Part shown: one piece after another, positions 58,376-64,000 of the stretch | Numbering within the stretch: the first letter of the stretch is position 1 | Layout: every line of letters starts with the position of its first letter | DNA from: an uncultured bacterium | GTDB taxonomy: Bacteria > Fidelibacterota > Marinisomatia > Marinisomatales > UBA1611 | DNA length: 64,000 nt | NCBI GenBank assembly: GCA_943788175.1 | Contig: CALSPG010000005.1 | Location: 160,001-224,000, forward strand | Direction: 5' to 3' | Program-made: the position numbers and the translations under genes | Notes under the pieces: model-generated | What the model was told of the DNA's origin: nothing | Seen by the model: only the letters and a program-made list of their open reading frames with translations | Databases searched by the model: none

Positions 58376-58786
58376 CTAAATAATATTACTGACAACAAAA
58401 GTATCGCTCAAGATTGGAGCCACCTCTTGAGCTGGTCCATGTCTGATTTCTATAGTGATTAATTTAAAATCTGTTGTCATATTATCGTATATTGTTGTAA
58501 AGGTTTGATCAGTGTGCTTTACACTAACTTTATAAAAATAACCAGGGTTGCTTTCAAATTCTAAAAAGTTATTTATAGAAGCAATAGCAATGAATTGAGT
58601 ATTGCGGATTTGGTTTATTTTACTATTTAAAAGAACGGTCTGAATTGTTTTTACTTCAGATTTAACTTGCATTTTTTTAGTATGGTTTAGAGCCTCGATA
58701 AAAACAATAAAAGCACCGCCGAGAAGCAGAGCGACAACTACAATTTCTACCAAAGCAAAACCGGAAATAGTTTTTTTGATAATCAT
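58376..58786 (-). CDS. Minor pilin (PilV/MshD-like)
   Basis: SG|FALVEIVV; C-terminal 'FKLITIEI'; ATGA overlap with the upstream gene. Confidence 0.75.
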   Translation of the reverse strand: MIIKKTISGFALVEIVVVALLLGGAFIVFIEALNHTKKMQVKSEVKTIQTVLLNSKINQIRNTQFIAIASINNFLEFESNPGYFYKVSVKHTDQTFTTIYDNMTTDFKLITIEIRHGPAQEVAPILSDTFVVSNII

Positions 58787-59280
58787 AAATTTTTTATTTC
58801 CCAAAAACCCGTGATTTTTTTCACATGAATTTCTTTATATTGATTTAGTATAATTGTCCCTCCTTGGAGACATGTTCCCCATTTATCAAAAGTTAAAATA
58901 TTTGTACCATTTAAATTCACGGAAGTAATGTCTACACCAGAATTATTGGTTTCGGACAGGCTAACTACACCATTAAGGCTTCCTGGGTAATCAGTAAATA
59001 AATTATTTTCTTCATAAATAGTATATGTCTCATTATTTTGATTAAATACAAATTTTATTTGTTTTCTACGACCCATAGACATGCTTTTTGCTTGGTCAAT
59101 ATCTGAAGTTATTTGATTGGCAGCAGAGTTAATTCTAACATTAACTGTGATGTCGCGTAACCTAGATGAAGAAGCTGCTATGATGATACCTAGAATTATC
59201 ATAACTATAACTAGTTCAATTAAAGAAAAACCTTTTGAGGATAATAATGAAGATTGTTTTGTGTGTTTTATTATTTTCAT
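58783..59280 (-). CDS. Minor pilin (FimT/GspH-like)
   Basis: KG|FSLIELVI, 'AANQITSDIDQAKSMSM' and 'LTFDKWG'. Confidence 0.85.
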   Translation of the reverse strand: MKIIKHTKQSSLLSSKGFSLIELVIVMIILGIIIAASSSRLRDITVNVRINSAANQITSDIDQAKSMSMGRRKQIKFVFNQNNETYTIYEENNLFTDYPGSLNGVVSLSETNNSGVDITSVNLNGTNILTFDKWGTCLQGGTIILNQYKEIHVKKITGFWEIKNL

Positions 59281-59320
59281 ACCCTAATTAAATCTAAGGC
59301 TTGATATAAAAAAACAATAG

Positions 59321-59791
59321 TTAGATTGTAAATAAAAGAAATTCACCATAGGATGGACTGTCTGCGTCACTATCCTTAATCAGAATCTTTCTTTTTTGTC
59401 TGCCATCAATTTCTGTATCAATCCAACTGCGATAAACAAAAGGAACATGATTTGAGTTCTTTGGTATTTCACCTGTACCAAATAGTTCATTTGGCGTTTT
59501 AAAATTAATTGAAGAGTCCATTGGCGTATTACACCAAACATCTGTCATTAAACTATCGACAGGGGGAGGAGGGACTTGAGGCGCGCCGATTGCATACGTG
59601 GTATAGTAATGGTTTAAAAATGCTTCTTGAATAATTTTCATATTTGATAAATTTCTACTGACTTGTGATTTATGTTGAAGTTGACTGAACATAGGAACAA
59701 CGGTAACTGCAAGGATACCCATGATCGCTAATACAATCACGAGTTCTATCATAGTAACGCCAGAATTTGATTTTAATTTTTTAAACAACAT
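59321..59791 (-). CDS. Type IV pilin-like protein (divergent class)
   Basis: SG|VTMIELVIVLAIMGILAVTVVP. Confidence 0.85.
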   Translation of the reverse strand: MLFKKLKSNSGVTMIELVIVLAIMGILAVTVVPMFSQLQHKSQVSRNLSNMKIIQEAFLNHYYTTYAIGAPQVPPPPVDSLMTDVWCNTPMDSSINFKTPNELFGTGEIPKNSNHVPFVYRSWIDTEIDGRQKRKILIKDSDADSPSYGEFLLFTI

Positions 59792-59871
59792 TTACTCCAA
59801 AAATTACAAAGGCTTCGCTATTATTAACGAAGCCTTAAATGATAATATCAATAAAATTGAATTTTTATTTA

Positions 59872-60366
59872 TTATTGAAAACGTACTTCAGACCCCGCTG
59901 TACCAAGCTCGGTTCTAATATAAAGAGTACCGGTTACATCTTTGTCTGTTCCGTGATTAATACCCGCATTGTAAGACCACTGCCATCTTGTGTTGTCAGC
60001 TCTCTGATGCGTAATCCTTCCAGAAACGCCTCCAGAATTTTCATCGCCAGAATACCAATTTACAAATGTCCACTCATTATCAGTATCGCTGTCGTTACCG
60101 TCAGTGGTATACGTCTGAGGTAACGTTTCTAAAGCTTCGAATGGGTTTTCCGGCCAGTATCGTCTTCCTTTAGTTAGCATTTTATGCTGAGCATAATTCT
60201 CAAGAGCAGCACAGAGTTTATCTATTACAGCATCTTCTGCTGTGATCTCAGATTTTTGTATGGTTTCTAAGTATCTTGGAATAGCCACTGCAGACAAAAT
60301 ACCCAAGATGATCATAACCATTATTAATTCAATTAAGGTAAAACCATTTTTATTATTTTTCTTCAT
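59872..60366 (-). CDS. Type IV pilin, class A
   Basis: NG|FTLIELI, WPENPF and RITHQRADN. Confidence 0.9.
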   Translation of the reverse strand: MKKNNKNGFTLIELIMVMIILGILSAVAIPRYLETIQKSEITAEDAVIDKLCAALENYAQHKMLTKGRRYWPENPFEALETLPQTYTTDGNDSDTDNEWTFVNWYSGDENSGGVSGRITHQRADNTRWQWSYNAGINHGTDKDVTGTLYIRTELGTAGSEVRFQ

Positions 60367-60394
60367 GATAATAATTCCTTATTTATAAATATTT

Positions 60395-60877
60395 CTAATT
60401 ACCGCCAGTACCATTCACTCTATGAACGATGTTGATAGGACCAAATGGAGCGCCATTATGTTCAATTTTTCCATCGTTAGGATTGTATTTCCAAACCGCA
60501 ATGCTATCAGATTTTCTTAAATGGGCTATTGCAAGGTTGTAGGTAGGGTTGTTTCCTTCGCCTGTAAAAATCCAGTCCCTATCTTTCATTTGAGATAGTA
60601 CAAAAAGGTCAGCATCATAATCTGGTGGAAGTTTAGATAGTGCTACGAATGGATTTTCTGGCCAGGAACGAACACCGTTCGCAATGTATTGCTCACGAGC
60701 ATAGGTCTCCAAACCATCATAGATAGTATTCAATATTCGTTGTTCTACAGCAACTTCACTTTCAATTACAATATCTTGAAACCGTGGAATAGCGACTGCC
60801 GCTAAAACTCCGATTATGATCATGACCATGATAAGCTCTATTATCGTAAATCCGTTTTTATTTTTCATATGTTGCAT
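60395..60877 (-). CDS. Type IV pilin, class B
   Basis: NG|FTIIELI, GLET, SWPENPF and AIAHLRKSDS. Confidence 0.9.
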   Translation of the reverse strand: MQHMKNKNGFTIIELIMVMIIIGVLAAVAIPRFQDIVIESEVAVEQRILNTIYDGLETYAREQYIANGVRSWPENPFVALSKLPPDYDADLFVLSQMKDRDWIFTGEGNNPTYNLAIAHLRKSDSIAVWKYNPNDGKIEHNGAPFGPINIVHRVNGTGGN

Positions 60878-60906
60878 TTAATTGCCTCATTCTTATTTTG
60901 TTAAAT

Positions 60907-61326
60907 TTAATTTATTTCCCCGTTACTAGAGTTATAGCTCCAAAAATAACTTGTGCCATTTCTCCTATGATAAACTTTATCTGCTGAAAACCACCATGCA
61001 TCTTCTTGACCAGAATCAGTACCATTTGTGTAACCTGATGGCGTTTTCTCTAACTCGTTAAAAGGATTCGAAGGATATGTTTTATACCCTGTTAATAAAA
61101 CATTGTCCAATGCTTTGATCTCCGCAGCAGATTCTAGCTGGGCAAGTATAGCATTTTCAGCAGCTTCAGCGGATTGAGATATAATGTTACCCATTTTTGG
61201 TACTGCGACTGCTGCCATAATTCCTAGGATAACCATTACAATAATTAGCTCAACTAGCGTAAAACCTTCACGCAATTTTTTTGATGCGACCATTTTAAAA
61301 CTTTCTTTTTGTTGTAATAAATTCAT
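60907..61326 (-). CDS. Type IV pilin, class C (divergent)
   Basis: EG|FTLVELI, YPSNPF and HRRNG. The start may be 61293. Confidence 0.88.
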   Translation of the reverse strand: MNLLQQKESFKMVASKKLREGFTLVELIIVMVILGIMAAVAVPKMGNIISQSAEAAENAILAQLESAAEIKALDNVLLTGYKTYPSNPFNELEKTPSGYTNGTDSGQEDAWWFSADKVYHRRNGTSYFWSYNSSNGEIN

Positions 61327-61343
61327 AAAAATCTCTATCGAGT

Positions 61344-61748
61344 TTAGTAATCAACTCTAGCTCCAAATAAACCAGTGCTTACATCATAATACCATTTGTG
61401 CCGAGTGTTGTCATTTCTTTGGTGAGCAATGTAATTATCAGATGTAAATATCCATTCACCATCTGCATCAAGGTAGCCATCATTCGTGTAACCTTCTGGC
61501 AATTTATCAAGCTCGTCAAAAGGATTGTACGGATAGCTTTTATTTGAGTTTTTGACCACTTGGTCCATTGCATAGACTTCAACAGCAGTTCGAAGAGAAG
61601 CTAAAACCGTATTTTCAGCAGCTTCTTCAGACGATGCAATTGTGTTACCCATTCTAGGGACAGCAACTGCTGCTAAAATTCCAAGTACTACCATGATGAT
61701 TACTAATTCAATCAGTGTGAATCCTTCGTTAAACAATTTTTTCATCAA
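61344..61748 (-). CDS. Type IV pilin, class C
   Basis: EG|FTLIELV, EVYAMDQVV, YPYNPF and HQRNDN. Confidence 0.9.
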   Translation of the reverse strand: MMKKLFNEGFTLIELVIIMVVLGILAAVAVPRMGNTIASSEEAAENTVLASLRTAVEVYAMDQVVKNSNKSYPYNPFDELDKLPEGYTNDGYLDADGEWIFTSDNYIAHQRNDNTRHKWYYDVSTGLFGARVDY

Positions 61749-62113
61749 TTAATCTCTCCAGTTGATGTATTGTATCCCCAGGTTAATTCACTGCCATCAT
61801 TTCTAGTATGTCGAATATTCCCGTTGCTAAACCACCAGCCTTTTGAAAATAGAAGATCATTTTTACTTTTTGTATCTAATGCATCAAACGGGTTTAACGG
61901 GTAACTCTTTACTGAGTTTAAAACTACTTGATCCATTGCGTAAACTTCTATAGCTGAGCTGAGACTTCCAATGACTGCTTCTTCAGCAGCTTCTTCAGAA
62001 GAATCAATTGTATTCCCTAACCTTGGAACTGCTACGGCAGCTAAGACACCTAAGATTACCATGATAATTACTAATTCTATTAGCGTAAAACCGCTGTTTA
62101 AGTTTTTCTTCAT
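61745..62113 (-). CDS. Type IV pilin, class C
   Basis: SG|FTLIELV, EVYAMDQVV and YPLNPF. Confidence 0.9.
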   Translation of the reverse strand: MKKNLNSGFTLIELVIIMVILGVLAAVAVPRLGNTIDSSEEAAEEAVIGSLSSAIEVYAMDQVVLNSVKSYPLNPFDALDTKSKNDLLFSKGWWFSNGNIRHTRNDGSELTWGYNTSTGEIN

Positions 62114-62502
62114 TATTGCGTGTATCCGAACTGAATTTCGCCATTATCAGAGTTATAGCTCCAGAATGATCTCGATCCATCATTTCTGACATGATTTATG
62201 CCGTCATTACCAAATCCGCCTATTTGCCAATTATTGTTATATAAATCATTTTTGCTCTTATCGTCAAGTGCCTCAAATGGGTTATCAGGATAACTTTTGT
62301 TTGAATTATTTACAACTTGGTCCATTGCATAGACTTCTAAAGCAGATCTTAGGTTTCCAATGACTGCTTCTTCAGCTGATTGTTCAGAAGAATCAATTGT
62401 ATTCCCTAACCTTGGAACTGCTACAGCAGCTAAAACACCTAAGATTACCATGATTATTACTAGTTCTATTAGTGTAAAACCACTATTTAAATTTTTCTTC
62501 AT
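62113..62502 (-). CDS. Type IV pilin, class C
   Basis: First 40 aa identical to 61745..62113; YPDNPF. Confidence 0.9.
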   Translation of the reverse strand: MKKNLNSGFTLIELVIIMVILGVLAAVAVPRLGNTIDSSEQSAEEAVIGNLRSALEVYAMDQVVNNSNKSYPDNPFEALDDKSKNDLYNNNWQIGGFGNDGINHVRNDGSRSFWSYNSDNGEIQFGYTQ

Positions 62503-62529
62503 TTTTAAATCTTATTATGTAGTTTTTAA

Positions 62530-62994
62530 TTATAATTCTTGTCTGTTTCCAAGAGAACCAATACTAGCATTGTCACCAGCCTGAACCCCTCTATCATAAT
62601 TCCAAAAATATCTAGAATTATCAGCACGTTGATGCGTTATTCTAGAGTTATTCATATCGAAAGTCCACTCACCATCCTGATCAGCAACACCATCAAGTTG
62701 CCCTATCTCAGATTCGTTTCCATTGTCGTTCGAATCATACCCAACTGGCAACTCTGAAAGAGCATCAAAAGGGTTTGTCGGCCAAATGGCTCTACCTTCA
62801 CTATATAGCTTATTATTTGCATATTGCTTTAAGCCAGATTTTATGCTGCTTATTACAGCATTTTCTGCAGATTCTTCTGCATTAGAAATACTATCTAGGT
62901 ATCTTGGAACCGCTACGGCCGCCATGATTCCAAGAATAACCATTACAATGATTAACTCGATCAGTGTAAAACCTTTATTATACTTGTTCTTCAT
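62530..62994 (-). CDS. Type IV pilin, class A
   Basis: KG|FTLIELI, WPTNPF and RITHQRADNSR. Confidence 0.9.
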   Translation of the reverse strand: MKNKYNKGFTLIELIIVMVILGIMAAVAVPRYLDSISNAEESAENAVISSIKSGLKQYANNKLYSEGRAIWPTNPFDALSELPVGYDSNDNGNESEIGQLDGVADQDGEWTFDMNNSRITHQRADNSRYFWNYDRGVQAGDNASIGSLGNRQEL

Positions 62995-63019
62995 AATCAG
63001 ACTCCTTTTTAAACTCTAT

Positions 63020-63508
63020 TTATTGGGCTAAATCGCCTTTAAATATTTTAGTGAAAGGTAAATAGGGTGAATCTCCATGACTTATAGCACCATTAGCGGG
63101 GTCATAAATCCAAACAGATAGACTATCTTCAACACGCCTGTGCACAATTGCATTTGCTAAAGATATGTTGCCAAATGTTCTTTCTGTCTGGCCTGTAAAA
63201 ATCCATTCACCACCAACCAAACTAGTCATGTCAGTATTGGTACTATCGTATTCAAAAGAGATAGATGTTAGTACGCTGAAAGGGTTCTCAGGCCAAGATT
63301 TAATTCCTGTATCCATAAACTCTTCCATTGCCCATGTTTCTAAACCTTCGACAACTTGTGTTATAATACCTTGCTCAGATGCTGCTTCGCCCTGCCTAAT
63401 GACAACAGCAAACCTAGGTATTGAAACTGCTGCTAGAATACCAATAATGATAATAACCATTATTAATTCTATTAAAGTAAAACCATTTTTATTTGTTGAA
63501 TTCATCAT
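63020..63508 (-). CDS. Type IV pilin, class B
   Basis: NG|FTLIELI, GLET, SWPENPF and AIVHRRVEDS. Confidence 0.9.
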   Translation of the reverse strand: MMNSTNKNGFTLIELIMVIIIIGILAAVSIPRFAVVIRQGEAASEQGIITQVVEGLETWAMEEFMDTGIKSWPENPFSVLTSISFEYDSTNTDMTSLVGGEWIFTGQTERTFGNISLANAIVHRRVEDSLSVWIYDPANGAISHGDSPYLPFTKIFKGDLAQ

Positions 63509-63533
63509 TTACTCCTATTAATTCTTATAGTTT

Positions 63534-63971
63534 TTATTGCGCAATTGCAGTTCTATTACCCAGCGTACCAATTTTAGCGTCATCTCCGCCACCTTGTGTA
63601 CCTGGCTCATAAGACCACTCAAATCTGCTATTATCCGCTCTCTGATGTGTGATCCTGCCACTACTAAAAGTCCATTCGCCATCAGTATCTGCATCAGTTA
63701 CGTCTGTTGAGTAACCAGCTGGTTTTTCTGAAAGAGCATCAAAAGGGTTCGTAGGCCACTCTGCTCTACCGCTCTCATATAGAGAGTTATTAGCATATTG
63801 TGCAAGGCCTGATCTGACACTAGAGATCATAGCGTCTTCTGCAGATTCTTCTGCATTAGAGATGCTGTCTAAATATCTTGGTACAGCTACTGCTGCCATG
63901 ATTCCGAGTATGACCATTACAATGATTAACTCAATTAATGTAAAACCGTTGTGCGATGTTACTTTTTTCAT
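63534..63971 (-). CDS. Type IV pilin, class A
   Basis: NG|FTLIELI, WPTNPF and RITHQRADNSR. Confidence 0.9.
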   Translation of the reverse strand: MKKVTSHNGFTLIELIIVMVILGIMAAVAVPRYLDSISNAEESAEDAMISSVRSGLAQYANNSLYESGRAEWPTNPFDALSEKPAGYSTDVTDADTDGEWTFSSGRITHQRADNSRFEWSYEPGTQGGGDDAKIGTLGNRTAIAQ

Positions 63972-64000
63972 ATTATTACCACTTTCTTTTATTTTATTAC

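Noticed and set aside
59872-63971. Electrically conductive pili (aromatic-rich pilins)
   Set aside because: Aromatics cluster in the C-terminal half. In class C there is a gap of about 48 residues after Phe1, unlike Geobacter-type e-pilins.
59321-63971. Shufflon or invertible pilin locus
   Set aside because: All genes are co-oriented and complete; no recombinase or inverted crossover sites were seen.
1-64000. Short overlapping or antisense ORFs (e.g. 7689-8012, 36209-36568, 53329-53619, 63165-63521); CRISPR arrays, tRNA/rRNA, IS elements
   Set aside because: The ORFs are shadows of well-supported genes. Intergenic gaps are short, and no spaced repeats, RNA genes or transposases were recognised.

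Overview
AT-rich bacterial window. The 'NYPNPFNPST...KMxLxK' C-terminal domains, a PorV-like barrel and Gln-starting mature proteins point to the FCB group, most resembling Marinimicrobia (inference). It has three blocks. (1) 0-6.6 kb, minus strand: TetR, TonB-dependent receptor, HmuY-like lipoprotein, YbaN, metallophosphoesterase and a MORN protein, a probable heme/iron uptake operon. (2) 6.9-38.4 kb, plus strand: three paralogous giant modular secreted proteins (1522 aa, about 3900 aa and about 3050 aa once frameshifts are bridged). They are built from LamG modules, an unnamed ~125-aa repeat, beta-helix and carboxypeptidase-regulatory-like domains, and a T9SS/FlgD-type CTD. Two are preceded by homologous small Lys-rich secreted proteins and the middle one by sodN. 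A repeat lipoprotein plus beta-barrel pair follows. (3) 38.4-64 kb, minus strand: one tightly packed run with at least 10 tandem type IV pilin genes, minor pilins, an ExeA-PilM-PilN fusion, PilO, PilP-like, secretin, CHASE2 adenylate cyclase, an FG-GAP CTD protein, a PorV-transglutaminase-TPR fusion and a small TPR-like protein. Main leads: (a) LamG modules look like exchangeable cassettes, with near-identical DNA linkers, divergent cores, one GC-rich module, and sequence corruption concentrated in individual modules; (b) the pilus-linked cAMP / PorV-Cys-enzyme module; (c) a possibly HmuY-like repeat next to a heme operon. No rRNA, tRNA, CRISPR array, transposase, integrase or reverse transcriptase was recognised. 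All domain calls are by eye, without database searches.
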